From positions 11,612 through 75,611 of the forward strand of contig DASUDP010000118.1 in NCBI GenBank assembly GCA_036275535.1: a DNA stretch of 64,000 nucleotides, given 5' to 3'. Shown here in pieces: positions 1 through 8,894 of the stretch; position 1 is the stretch's first letter, and each line of letters begins with the position of its first letter. The notes under the pieces were generated by a model. The model saw only the letters and a list, made by a program, of their open reading frames with translations. It did no database searches and was not told the origin of the DNA. The translations under genes and the position numbers were made by a program. Source of the DNA: Acidimicrobiales bacterium. Its GTDB lineage: Bacteria > Actinomycetota > Acidimicrobiia > Acidimicrobiales > VFJN01.

Positions 1-167
1 ACCTCTACCTCGACGTGACCGTCGAGGGCGGCGGGCTCCTCGACTTCTCCGCCGCGGACCACATCGCCACCAGCGCGGAGCTGACGACGCGCCCCATCCT
101 GCGCCGCTGGCTGCACAGCCGAGAGGCGAGCGACGTGCGCTACGTTCAGACGGCCGCTGCGGGTGGG

Positions 168-1253
168 ATGGCGCTCGCCGATGCCAGCAGCCGGTCGAGG
201 GGGGTGGGCGTGCTGCTGCTGACGTTGCGGGACCTGCAGCACCGTGCTGTCCGGTTCGCCGCCGTCGTGGCCGGCACGGCCGTCGTCCTGGCCCTGCTGT
301 TCCTCATGACCGGGCTCGTCGAGCAGTTCCACCGCGAGCCCAAGCAGACCGTCGCCGCGCTCGGCGCCGAGCGCTGGATGCTCCGGGAGGGCGTGTCCGG
401 AGCCTTCACGTCCGGCGCCACGATGCCGGCCGACACCGCCGACGCCGTGGACGGTGTCCGCGCCGCTCCCGTCGTCGTGGCTCGCCACAGCTTCGACAAC
501 GACGGCCAGCAGACCGACGTCGTGGTGCTGGGGTTCGGGCGGGGAGAGCTGGGCCAGCCTCCGGTGACCGCCGGGACCCTGCCGAGCGAGCCCGGCGAGG
601 TGCTCGTCGACGACTCCGCCGGCCTGGACCCGGGCGACTCCCTCGAGCTGGGGAGCCACGCCTACACGGTGAGCGGCACCACCGACCGCACGACGATGTT
701 CGCCGGCATGCCCCTCATCTTCATGTCGATCGGCGATGCCCAGGACCTCGTCTACCGCGGGGAGCCCTTGGCCACGGCCGTCCTGTTGGACCGGGTGCCC
801 CAGGACGTCCCCGACGGCTTCACCCTCCGGACGAACGACGAGATCGCCGAGGACGGCCTGCGGCCGCTGGAGCACGCCATCTCGTCGATCGAGCTCATCC
901 GGGCCCTGCTGTGGCTGGTGGCCGCCATGATCATCGGCACGATGATCTACCTGTCGGCGGTCGAGCGCCGTCGGGACGTCGCCGTGCTGAAGGCGGTGGG
1001 CGCCTCGACCGGTCAGATGGCCGCCTCGATCGCGCTCGAAGGCGTCCTCATCGCGCTGGCCTCCGCCGCCATCGCGTCGGTCCTGCAGGCCGTGCTGGTA
1101 CCCGTCTTCCCGATGCAGGTGGTGGTGCCCGACCAGGCCTTCTGGCAGGTGCCGCTGATCGCCGTGCTCGTCGCCTTGGCCTCCGGCGGGGTGGGACTCC
1201 GCAAGGCCGTGCGGGTCGACCCCGCCCTCGCCTTCGCCGGGCCGGGCTCATGA
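168..1253 (+). CDS. ABC transporter permease, FtsX/MacB-type
   Basis: Lies in ORF 15..1253. Has an N-terminal TM ('[25 protein letters not shown]'), a loop of about 190 aa, then a C-terminal FtsX-like TM block ('[34 protein letters not shown]...'). Its stop overlaps the next start (ATGA at 1250-1253). ATG 168 was chosen because family members start just before TM1. GTG 15 is the alternative start, and the frame is open to the window edge. Confidence 0.75.
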   Translation: MALADASSRSRGVGVLLLTLRDLQHRAVRFAAVVAGTAVVLALLFLMTGLVEQFHREPKQTVAALGAERWMLREGVSGAFTSGATMPADTADAVDGVRAAPVVVARHSFDNDGQQTDVVVLGFGRGELGQPPVTAGTLPSEPGEVLVDDSAGLDPGDSLELGSHAYTVSGTTDRTTMFAGMPLIFMSIGDAQDLVYRGEPLATAVLLDRVPQDVPDGFTLRTNDEIAEDGLRPLEHAISSIELIRALLWLVAAMIIGTMIYLSAVERRRDVAVLKAVGASTGQMAASIALEGVLIALASAAIASVLQAVLVPVFPMQVVVPDQAFWQVPLIAVLVALASGGVGLRKAVRVDPALAFAGPGS

Positions 1254-2230
1254 GCACCGCCGAGGTGCAGGTCCGGGACCTGGTGATCGAGTACCAGAGC
1301 GGCGGGTACAACGTGCGACCCATCGACGGCCTCGACCTCGACGCCGCCCCCGGCGAGCTCGTGGTCCTGCTCGGCCCATCGGGCTGCGGCAAGACGTCGC
1401 TGCTGTCGGCCATCGGCGGGATCCTGCGCCCGACGGCCGGGCGGGTCCTCGTCGGCGGCGTCGACGTGACCCAGCTCAAGGGCGCTGAGCTGACCCAGTA
1501 CCGGCAGCAGACCGTGGGCCTCGTGTTCCAGGCCTTCAACCTGGTGGCCTCCCTGTCGGCCCGGGAGAACGTGGCCATGCCGCTCCTGCTGGCGGGGGTC
1601 AGCCGCCGCCGGGCCCTCGATCGGGCCGACCGGCTCCTCGAGCGCGTCGGCCTCAGCGACCGGTCCGGCCACAAGCCGGCCAAGCTCTCGGGCGGCCAGC
1701 AGCAGCGGGTGGCGGTGGCGCGCGGCCTGGCCGCCGACCCGCTGGTGCTGTTGGCCGACGAGCCGACGGCCAACCTCGACTACATCCAGGCCGAGGGCAT
1801 CATCTCCCTGCTGCGGGACCTGCGCTCGGACGGGCGGGCGATCATCGTGTCGAGCCACGACGACCGGCTCGTCCCCATCGCCGACCGCGTGATCCACCTC
1901 GTCCCCGAGTTCCGCCAGGACGCTGCGGCGCCCCGCGTGGTGGAGCACCGCGCGGGCGAGGCCATCTTCGAGCAAGGGGATCGCGGCGAGCTCGTGTACG
2001 TCATCGACGCCGGGCAGGTGCACATCGAGCGGTCACTGGCCGGCGGGGACGTCGAGCAGCTGGCCTCGCTCGGCCCCAGCGACTACTTCGGCGAGCTCGG
2101 CCCCCTCCTGGGCTTCCCCCGCAGCGCCACCGCTCGCGCCGCGACCGACGTGCGGCTGACCGCCTACAACGTCCAGGACTTCCGGGAGCAGGTGCTCAAC
2201 GGCTCACGGCCGGCGGCACCCGTCCCCTAA
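1250..2230 (+). CDS. ABC transporter ATP-binding protein with C-terminal cyclic-nucleotide-binding (CNB) domain
   Basis: Walker A 'GPSGCGKTS', signature 'LSGGQQQRV' and Walker B 'LLADEP' (MacB/LolD-like NBD). A C-terminal region of about 100 aa follows: '[27 protein letters not shown]...[18 protein letters not shown]', which matches the phosphate-binding cassette pattern of CNB domains. Confidence 0.85.
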   Translation: MSTAEVQVRDLVIEYQSGGYNVRPIDGLDLDAAPGELVVLLGPSGCGKTSLLSAIGGILRPTAGRVLVGGVDVTQLKGAELTQYRQQTVGLVFQAFNLVASLSARENVAMPLLLAGVSRRRALDRADRLLERVGLSDRSGHKPAKLSGGQQQRVAVARGLAADPLVLLADEPTANLDYIQAEGIISLLRDLRSDGRAIIVSSHDDRLVPIADRVIHLVPEFRQDAAAPRVVEHRAGEAIFEQGDRGELVYVIDAGQVHIERSLAGGDVEQLASLGPSDYFGELGPLLGFPRSATARAATDVRLTAYNVQDFREQVLNGSRPAAPVP

Positions 2231-2252
2231 GCAGGGGCGAGCGCCAGCCCGC

Positions 2253-2657
2253 TCAGCCGAAGGCCTTGGTGTCGAGGCCCCGCAGGCGGGCCCCGAGCGA
2301 ACCGAGCAGCTTGTGCATGATCGACGGGGCCGTGGCGAGCAGCGCCTCGAACTCCCGGGTGCCGATCACGAGCACCCGCAGGTCGGTCGACGCGGTGACG
2401 GTCGCCGTGCGCGGCTGGCGGTCCAGGAGCGCCAGCTCGCCGACGCAGTCGCCCGGCCCCAGCGCGGCAACCCGCCGGTTGTTGCGTCGCACCTCCGCCT
2501 CACCGTCGACGATCACGAACGCCTCGCGCCCCATCCCCCCCTGCTCGCAGAGGACCCGACCGGCCCCGAGGGTCAGCTCGTCGGTCGCTCGGCCGATGGC
2601 CTGCAGCTCTGCCTTCGAGCACGTCGAGAACAACGGCACCTTGGCCAGCTCATCCAC
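2253..2657 (-). CDS. Stand-alone cyclic-nucleotide-binding domain protein (no HTH)
   Basis: C-terminal 135 codons of the long minus ORF 2253..4538. GTG start at 2657-2655 ('VDELAKVPLFSTCSKAELQAI...'). CNB cassette 'GELALLDRQPRTATVTA'. Too short to carry a Crp-type DNA-binding domain. The rest of the long ORF is an antisense shadow of the exporter gene. Confidence 0.75.
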   Translation of the reverse strand: MDELAKVPLFSTCSKAELQAIGRATDELTLGAGRVLCEQGGMGREAFVIVDGEAEVRRNNRRVAALGPGDCVGELALLDRQPRTATVTASTDLRVLVIGTREFEALLATAPSIMHKLLGSLGARLRGLDTKAFG

Positions 2658-2771
2658 ATATGTCTGTCGCCCCACGGCGCAGGAACCTACCAAGCAGGCG
2701 CAGCGCTCGCTCGACCGGTTCGACGGGAACGCCCGTACGCTCCGAACGTGCGACGCGGAGGCCCTCACAGC

Positions 2772-4655
2772 ATGATCGGTGCCGACCCGGCGGCGGTGGC
2801 CGGCGCCAGGCTGAGCCGCGCCGTGGTCCGGCGGGTGTGGCGGTTCGCCACGCCGTACCGGCGGTCGATCCTGCTCTTCGTCGGGATCATCGCGGCGGCG
2901 GCTCTCATCGGGCTGGCGCCGCCGCTGCTGTTCCGCCAGATCCTCGACGATGCCATCCCCAACCACGATCGTGGGCTGCTCAACGTCCTCGCCGCGCTGG
3001 TCGTCGTCACCGCGCTGGCCGACGCCGCCCTCGCCCTCGGCGAGCGCTACTACTCGGCCCGGATCGGCGAGGGGATCATCTACGACCTGCGGGTGTCGCT
3101 GTTCGACCACGTGCAGCGCATGCCGATGTCGTTCTTCACCCGGGCCCAGACGGGGGCGCTGAACAGCCGCCTGAACAACGACGTCATGGGGGCGCAGCGG
3201 GCGGTCACCGGCACGCTCGGCTCCGTCGTGTCGAACGTCATCACCCTCATCGCCAACGGCACCGCCATCGTGCTGCTCGAGTGGCGCTTCGCCGTCATCT
3301 CGCTCGTCCTCCTCCCGCTGTTCATCGTCCCGGCCAAGCGGGTCGGCCGCCGGCTCCAGCAGCTGACCCGCCAGCAGATGGACCTCAACGCGTCCATGAA
3401 CACCACGATCAGCGAGCGGCTGAACGTGGCCGGCGCTCTTCTGGTGAAGCTCTTCGGGCACCACGACGCCGAGACCCGGGACTTCGCGGCCCGGGCCGAC
3501 GGGGTGCGGGCGGTCGGCGTGCGCTCGGCCGTCTACGGGCGCACCTTCTTCGTGGCCCTCGGGCTGGTGGGGGCGCTGGCCACCGCTGCCGTCTACTGGA
3601 TCGGCGGGCAGCTGGCGGTCTCCGGGACGCTGACCGTCGGCACCCTCGTCGCCCTCGCCACCTTCGTCAGCCGCATCTACGGGCCGCTCACCGCGCTCAC
3701 CAACGTGCGGGTCGACGTCATGACCGCCCTCGTGTCCTTCGAGCGGGTCTTCGAGGTGCTCGACAGCCCCAGCCCCATCCAGGACCGCCCGGGCGCTGTC
3801 GACCTCATCGCCCCCGCCGGGCGCATCGAGCTCGACCACGTCCGCTTCGCCTACCCGGACCGGCCGATCGTGGCATCGCTCGAGGCCAGCGGCCCCGGGT
3901 CCCACGAGCCGCTCGACCGGCCGTACGTGCTCGACGACGTCACGGCGACGATCGAGCCCGGGCACCTCGTGGCGCTGGTCGGCACGTCGGGGGCCGGCAA
4001 GACGACGCTGTCGCAGCTCGTCCCCCGCCTCTACGACGTCAGCGACGGGGCCATCCGCATCGACGGGATCGACGTGCGGGACCTGACCCAGGAGAGCCTC
4101 CGCGCTGCCATCGGCGTGGTGAGCCAGGACCCGCACCTCTTCCACGACACCGTCGGCAACAACCTGCGCTACGGCCGTCCCGCCGCCACCATGGCCGAGG
4201 TGATGGCCGCCGTGCGGGCGGCCCAGATCGAGGAGCTCGTCCTGTCGCTGCCCGATGGGCTCGACACGCTGGTCGGCGAGCGGGGCTACCGGCTCTCCGG
4301 GGGCGAGAAGCAGCGGCTGGCCATCGCCCGGATGCTGCTGAAGGACCCCGCCATCGTCGTGCTCGACGAGGCGACCAGCCACCTCGACGCCGAGAACGAG
4401 CTGCTCGTACAGCAGGCCCTCGCCACCGCACTGGCCGGGCGCACGAGCCTCGTCATCGCCCACCGGCTCTCCACCATCGCCGCCGCGGACAACATCCTGG
4501 TGCTGGACGGCGGGCGCATCGTGCAGTCCGGCACCCACGAGGAGCTGCTCTTCCAGGGCGGCCTCTACGCCGACCTCTACCGCACCCTCCTGCGGGAGGA
4601 GCGGCAGTCGGCGGCGGACAGCGCCGACGAGGCCGTGGCCGAGCTCCAGATCTGA
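2772..4655 (+). CDS. ABC exporter, fused transmembrane and ATP-binding domains (MsbA/type I exporter-like)
   Basis: ATG at 2772 ('MIGADPAAVAG...'). Six-TM N-terminal half. Walker A 'GTSGAGKTT', signature 'LSGGEKQRLAIAR', Walker B 'VVLDEATS', H-loop 'VIAHRLST'. Confidence 0.9.
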   Translation: MIGADPAAVAGARLSRAVVRRVWRFATPYRRSILLFVGIIAAAALIGLAPPLLFRQILDDAIPNHDRGLLNVLAALVVVTALADAALALGERYYSARIGEGIIYDLRVSLFDHVQRMPMSFFTRAQTGALNSRLNNDVMGAQRAVTGTLGSVVSNVITLIANGTAIVLLEWRFAVISLVLLPLFIVPAKRVGRRLQQLTRQQMDLNASMNTTISERLNVAGALLVKLFGHHDAETRDFAARADGVRAVGVRSAVYGRTFFVALGLVGALATAAVYWIGGQLAVSGTLTVGTLVALATFVSRIYGPLTALTNVRVDVMTALVSFERVFEVLDSPSPIQDRPGAVDLIAPAGRIELDHVRFAYPDRPIVASLEASGPGSHEPLDRPYVLDDVTATIEPGHLVALVGTSGAGKTTLSQLVPRLYDVSDGAIRIDGIDVRDLTQESLRAAIGVVSQDPHLFHDTVGNNLRYGRPAATMAEVMAAVRAAQIEELVLSLPDGLDTLVGERGYRLSGGEKQRLAIARMLLKDPAIVVLDEATSHLDAENELLVQQALATALAGRTSLVIAHRLSTIAAADNILVLDGGRIVQSGTHEELLFQGGLYADLYRTLLREERQSAADSADEAVAELQI

Positions 4656-4659
4656 CCGC

Positions 4660-5544
4660 TCACTGGGCGGGCAGGTACCGCCCCTCCGAGGTGTCGGCGT
4701 CCTCGAGGTTGGCCTTCGGACTGGGCGAGGCGCCGCCCCGGAGCGCCAGCAACCGTTCGAGCCCCCAATACACCCCGTAGACGGCGATCACGGCGACGGT
4801 GACGTGGAGCAGCAGCGCCAACGCCACGCCGGCGATGACGCCGGCCCGCCAGAGCCGGCCCCAGAGGACCGACAGCGCGAGCGGGATGAGCAGGGCGAAG
4901 GCACCACCGCCGGCGAGCTCGGCCACCCACCCGCGATCGCCCATCCACGGCAGCACGTCGATGACGTCGATGAGGTCGAGGGTGGCCAGCACCCCGAGCC
5001 CGCCGATGCCGCTCAAGGTGGCCACGACGAGCGGCGCCCACCGCCAGCGCGGCCGCAGGCAGCACAGGGCGGTGGCCAGGATGACGGCGGTCCACATCAG
5101 CCAGCGCCGCACGAGCGGGGTGCCGAGGCTGGCCATGGCGTCGCGCAGGATGCGATCGGCCTCCTCGCGGTCCACGTCGGGGCCGATGTGGGTCTTGCCC
5201 TCCCCGGGCTTCAGGACGAGGGCGTCGTGCACGAGCACGGCCGGGAGGTGGGTGCCGAGCCCGGGCACCAGCCACGCCACGAACCACGGGATCGACGCCA
5301 GGTCCGTGCGGAAGGTGGCGACGTCGGCCGGCACCACGAAGGGCTCCCGGTAGGCGTCGTCCCGATAGGCGAACTGTCGGAGGATCCGGAAGCGGGCCCC
5401 GTCCGGCTCCAGCTGGAGCACCATCGTCCCCCCGGTGGCGGGGTCGAAGAACCGGCTTGGCTGCGTCACGTCGTCCACGCCGCCATCGTCGCGCCCGGCG
5501 GAGGGTTTGCCCCGGAACGCGCACGTCTGATGGGATAGCGACAA
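4660..5544 (-). CDS. DUF1353-like domain protein with C-terminal multi-TM region
   Basis: 'FRTDLASIPWFVAWLVPGLG...VLVHDALV' resembles the DUF1353 core (TDxASIP...HD). The C-terminal half is hydrophobic, with about 4 TM segments. Start is uncertain: TTG at 5544, GTG at 5478 or 5469, or ATG at 5424. Confidence 0.55.
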   Translation of the reverse strand: MSLSHQTCAFRGKPSAGRDDGGVDDVTQPSRFFDPATGGTMVLQLEPDGARFRILRQFAYRDDAYREPFVVPADVATFRTDLASIPWFVAWLVPGLGTHLPAVLVHDALVLKPGEGKTHIGPDVDREEADRILRDAMASLGTPLVRRWLMWTAVILATALCCLRPRWRWAPLVVATLSGIGGLGVLATLDLIDVIDVLPWMGDRGWVAELAGGGAFALLIPLALSVLWGRLWRAGVIAGVALALLLHVTVAVIAVYGVYWGLERLLALRGGASPSPKANLEDADTSEGRYLPAQ

Positions 5545-5557
5545 CTGTCACGTCGCT
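5537..5557. promoter_or_regulatory. Inverted repeat AGCGAC-N9-GTCGCT in the divergent promoter region
   Basis: The sequence 'agcgacaactgtcacgtcgct' lies in a locally less GC-rich gap between the DUF1353-like gene and the DtxR-family gene. It contains a nested GACA-N2-TGTC. This is a candidate operator only. Confidence 0.2.
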
Positions 5558-5606
5558 GGTGCAAAGCCAGAGTTTCGACGGGTCAAATCTTCGCTCTGGA
5601 GCACGG

Positions 5607-6308
5607 TTGGACGACTCGCTGACGAAGTCTGAACGAGAGGCCCTCAAGGCCATCTACCGGCTGACCCGTGACGGCACGGAGGCCCACACCGGCGCTCTCG
5701 CCGAGGTGCTGGGCCTGTCCCCGGGGACCGTCACGACGACGGTGAAGCGGCTGGCCGACCGCCAGCTCGTCGACCACCGGCCCTACCAGGGCGTGTCGTT
5801 CACCCCGGCCGGGCGCCGCACCGCGGTGGCGGCCATCCGGCGGCACCGGATCGTCGAACGGTTCCTGGCCGACATGCTCGGCTACCAGTGGAACGAAGCC
5901 GACAAGCTGGCCATCAGCTTCGAGCACGGCCTCCCCGACGAGGTGCTCGACCGGCTCTACGTCGCGCTCCACCGTCCCGAGACCTGCCCCCACGGCTTCC
6001 CCATCCCGGCGGCGGAGGCGGCGGAGCTCCCCGAGACCCCCGCCCTCTACGACCTCGAGACCGACGACATCGCCGAGGTGGCCCTCTCGGGCTCCACCGA
6101 CCCGGAGCTCGTCGCCTTCCTCGGCACCCTCGGCCTCGTGCCGGGCGTCGAGGTCACCGTCGTTGAGAAGCACCCATTCGACGGGCCGCTCGTCGTCAGC
6201 GTCGCCGGCGAGGACCGCACGCTCGGCGAGCGGGTCGCCCGCCAGATCTACGTCACCCATCGAGGTCGCCGCACCGGCGACCGCGACATCACCAGCACCG
6301 GCGCGTGA
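5607..6308 (+). CDS. DtxR/IdeR/MntR-family metal-dependent transcriptional regulator with C-terminal FeoA/SH3-like domain
   Basis: N-terminal winged helix ('ALAEVLGLSPGTVTTTVKRLADRQLV'), dimerisation and metal region ('RRHRIVERFLADMLG...SFEHGLPDEV'), and a C-terminal FeoA-like region ('LGLVPGVEVTVVEKHPFDGPLVVSV'). An in-frame TTG at 5607 is proposed as the start; the upstream part of ORF 5457.. looks non-coding. Confidence 0.8.
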   Translation: MDDSLTKSEREALKAIYRLTRDGTEAHTGALAEVLGLSPGTVTTTVKRLADRQLVDHRPYQGVSFTPAGRRTAVAAIRRHRIVERFLADMLGYQWNEADKLAISFEHGLPDEVLDRLYVALHRPETCPHGFPIPAAEAAELPETPALYDLETDDIAEVALSGSTDPELVAFLGTLGLVPGVEVTVVEKHPFDGPLVVSVAGEDRTLGERVARQIYVTHRGRRTGDRDITSTGA

Positions 6309-6342
6309 GCGCCCCAAACGCTCCTAGGAGGGGCATCCACCC

Positions 6343-8721
6343 ATGACCAGCATCCTGGCCGCTGAAGGCGGCTATCAGGAGTTCGTACTGAAGGGTGGTG
6401 AATGGGCCATCCTCGCCTTCTCCGGCATCTCGGCCCTCCTCGCCATCGCAGTCGGCTTCATCCTCATGAAGGGGGTCCTGGCCGCTGACCAGGGCACCCC
6501 GAAGATGATCGAGATCGCGACCGCGATCCAGGAGGGCGCCTGGGCGTACCTCAAGCGTCAGTTCAAGACCATCGGCGTGATCCTCATCCCGCTGGCGGTC
6601 ATCGTCTTCATCACCTCCACGGAGATCCTGAAGCCCGACGGCGAGACCGCCCTGTCGTTCTTCGAGTCCGGGCTGTTCCGCACGCTGGCCTTCATCATGG
6701 GCGGCTTCCTGTCGGGCCTCACCGGCTACATCGGCATGACGCTGGCCACCCGCGGCAACGTGCGCACCGCCGCGGCGGCCAAGCGCAACTCGCTGCCCGA
6801 CGCCCTCAAGGTGGCGTTCCGCACCGGCGGAATCGCCGGCATGTTCACGGTCGGCCTGGGCCTGCTCGGCGCCACCGTGATCATCGTCATCTTCCAGAAC
6901 ACCAGCTCCGCCATCCTGGTCGGCTTCGGCTTCGGCGGCTCGCTCCTGGCCCTGTTCCTCCGGGTCGGCGGCGGCATCTTCACCAAGGCGGCCGACGTCG
7001 GCGCCGACCTCGTCGGCAAGGTCGAGGCCGGCATCCCCGAGGACGACCCCCGCAACCCCGCCACCATCGCCGACAACGTCGGCGACAACGTGGGCGACTG
7101 CGCCGGCATGGCCTCCGACCTCTTCGAGAGCTACGAGGTGACCCTCGTCGCGTCGATCATCCTCGGCGTGGCCGGCTTCTCCGCCGTCGGCGCCAACCCG
7201 GCCCTCGGCCTGATCTTCCCGCTGGCCGCCCGCGCCGTCGGCGTGGTCGCCTCCATCGCCGGCGTGTACGCCGTGAAGGCGAAGGAGGGCGAGACCGACG
7301 CGCTGAAGCCCATCAACCGGGGCTTCCTGACCGCCGGCATCATCACCGTGATCGGCGTCGGCGCCGTCGGCCTCCTCTACGTCGGCGACGGGGTCCAGGG
7401 CGCCGGCGAGGCCACCCTCTCCAACGTCGGCCTGCGCTGCGTCGCCGCTGTCGTCATCGGCTTGATCCTGGCCCAGCTCGTGAGCCGGCTGACCGAGTAC
7501 TTCACGGCCACCCACCACGCCCCGGTGCGGGAGATCGCCGAGGCGACCCGCAGCGGCCCCGCCACTGCGATCCTGTCGGGCACCTCGGCCGGCCTCGAGA
7601 GCTCCGTCTACGCCATCCTCGCCATCGCCCTCGCCATCGGCGTGTCGATGGCCCTCGGCGGCGGCAACCTGCAGTTCTCGCTCTACCTCGTCGCCCTCTG
7701 CGGCATGGGCATGCTGGCCACCACCGGCGTGATCGTGTCCGAGGACACCTTCGGTCCGGTCTCCGACAACGCCGCCGGCATCGCCGAGATGTCCGGCGAG
7801 TTCCACGGCGAGCCGGAGCGGATCATGGTCAGCCTCGACGCGGTGGGCAACACGACGAAGGCCGTCACCAAGGGCTTCGCCATCGGCTCGGCGGTCATCG
7901 CCTCCGTCGCCATCTTCGCCTCGTTCATCGAGACGGCGGCCACGGAGATCCTCGGCACCGACTTCGTCGAGAGCGTGAAGTCCACGCCCCGTGGCGTGTT
8001 CGACCACATCCCGATCAACGTCGCCGACCCGAAGGTCTTCATCGGCCTGCTGATCGGCGGCGCGGTGCCGTTCCTGTTCTCGGCCCTCGCCATCAACGCC
8101 GTGTCCCGCACGGCCGGTGTCGTCGTGCAGGAGGTGCGCCGGCAGTTCGCCGACGGCCTGATCATGAAGGGCGAAAAGAAGCCCGACCACGGCCCGGTCA
8201 TCGACATCTGCACCGCCGCCTCCCTGCGGGAGCTGGTCACCCCGGCCCTGCTCGCCGTCCTCACCCCAGTGATCGTCGGCTTCGGCATCGGCTTCACCGC
8301 CCTCGGCGCCTTCCTCGTCGCCGTCATCCTCGTGGGCCAGCTCATGGCCAACTACCTGAGCAACGCGGGTGGCGCGTGGGACAACGCGAAGAAGTACATC
8401 GAGGACGGCCACGAAGGCGGCAAGGGCTCCGAGGGCCACAAGGCGGCCGTCATCGCCGACACCGTCGGCGACCCGTTCAAGGACACCGCCGGCCCCGCCC
8501 TCAACCCGCTGATCAAGGTGATGAACCTGGTGTCGCTGCTCATCCTCCCGGCCATCATCTCGTTGGCCGACATCAACGAGGAGACCCGCATCGCCTCCCC
8601 GAACGGGGTCAGCATCGCCATTGCGCTGGCGGCCCTCGTCGTGCTGGTCGGGGCGATCGCCTACAGCAAGCGGGACAAGGAGGCCATCGGCGACGCGCCC
8701 GTGGCCGCCCACGTCAGCTGA
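6343..8721 (+). CDS. hppA: Membrane-bound H+-translocating pyrophosphatase, K+-independent type
   Basis: 792-aa polytopic protein with hallmark motifs 'GGGIFTKAADVGADLVGKVE', 'DNVGDNVGDCAGMASDLFESY' and 'DTVGDPFKDTAGPALNPLIK'. 'GNTTKAVTKG' carries Lys at the A/K position associated with K+ independence. RBS 'aggagggg' sits upstream of ATG 6343. Confidence 0.95.
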   Translation: MTSILAAEGGYQEFVLKGGEWAILAFSGISALLAIAVGFILMKGVLAADQGTPKMIEIATAIQEGAWAYLKRQFKTIGVILIPLAVIVFITSTEILKPDGETALSFFESGLFRTLAFIMGGFLSGLTGYIGMTLATRGNVRTAAAAKRNSLPDALKVAFRTGGIAGMFTVGLGLLGATVIIVIFQNTSSAILVGFGFGGSLLALFLRVGGGIFTKAADVGADLVGKVEAGIPEDDPRNPATIADNVGDNVGDCAGMASDLFESYEVTLVASIILGVAGFSAVGANPALGLIFPLAARAVGVVASIAGVYAVKAKEGETDALKPINRGFLTAGIITVIGVGAVGLLYVGDGVQGAGEATLSNVGLRCVAAVVIGLILAQLVSRLTEYFTATHHAPVREIAEATRSGPATAILSGTSAGLESSVYAILAIALAIGVSMALGGGNLQFSLYLVALCGMGMLATTGVIVSEDTFGPVSDNAAGIAEMSGEFHGEPERIMVSLDAVGNTTKAVTKGFAIGSAVIASVAIFASFIETAATEILGTDFVESVKSTPRGVFDHIPINVADPKVFIGLLIGGAVPFLFSALAINAVSRTAGVVVQEVRRQFADGLIMKGEKKPDHGPVIDICTAASLRELVTPALLAVLTPVIVGFGIGFTALGAFLVAVILVGQLMANYLSNAGGAWDNAKKYIEDGHEGGKGSEGHKAAVIADTVGDPFKDTAGPALNPLIKVMNLVSLLILPAIISLADINEETRIASPNGVSIAIALAALVVLVGAIAYSKRDKEAIGDAPVAAHVS

Positions 8722-8747
8722 CCACCCAACCGGTCAGCTGAGCTGAC

Positions 8748-8777
8748 GCGAGGCCCCGGCTCCGGCCGGGGCCTCGC
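8748..8777 (+). terminator. Stem-loop downstream of hppA
   Basis: Perfect 13-bp stem gcgaggccccggc / gccggggcctcgc with loop tccg, about 27 nt after the hppA stop. No U-tract, which is usual in high-GC actinobacteria. Confidence 0.55.
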
Positions 8778-8894
8778 CGCGTCCCGGCACCGCGGCGGTC
8801 CTCGGATCGTCGAGCCGGCGCGGCACTAGAGTTGCTCGAGGGCGATCACCGGGGGCGTACGGAACCCAGGCGATCCGGGCGATGGAACCGGGAC

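Noticed and set aside
1-167. Extension of the FtsX-like ORF to the window edge.
   Set aside because: The frame is open, but the residues ('VTVEGGGLLDFSAADHIATSAELTT...') precede the usual FtsX N-terminus. Another frame has a stop at 16-18 that could end an upstream gene. This cannot be resolved without upstream sequence, so ATG 168 is used and the uncertainty is flagged.
5457-5606. N-terminal 50-aa extension of the DtxR-family ORF ('MAASRRPRRHRRARRR...').
   Set aside because: The segment is Arg-rich and low-complexity. It overlaps the 5' end of the divergent DUF1353-like ORF and the locally less GC-rich promoter region. Family members begin close to the 'LTKSEREALKAIY' helix, so the in-frame TTG at 5607 is preferred.
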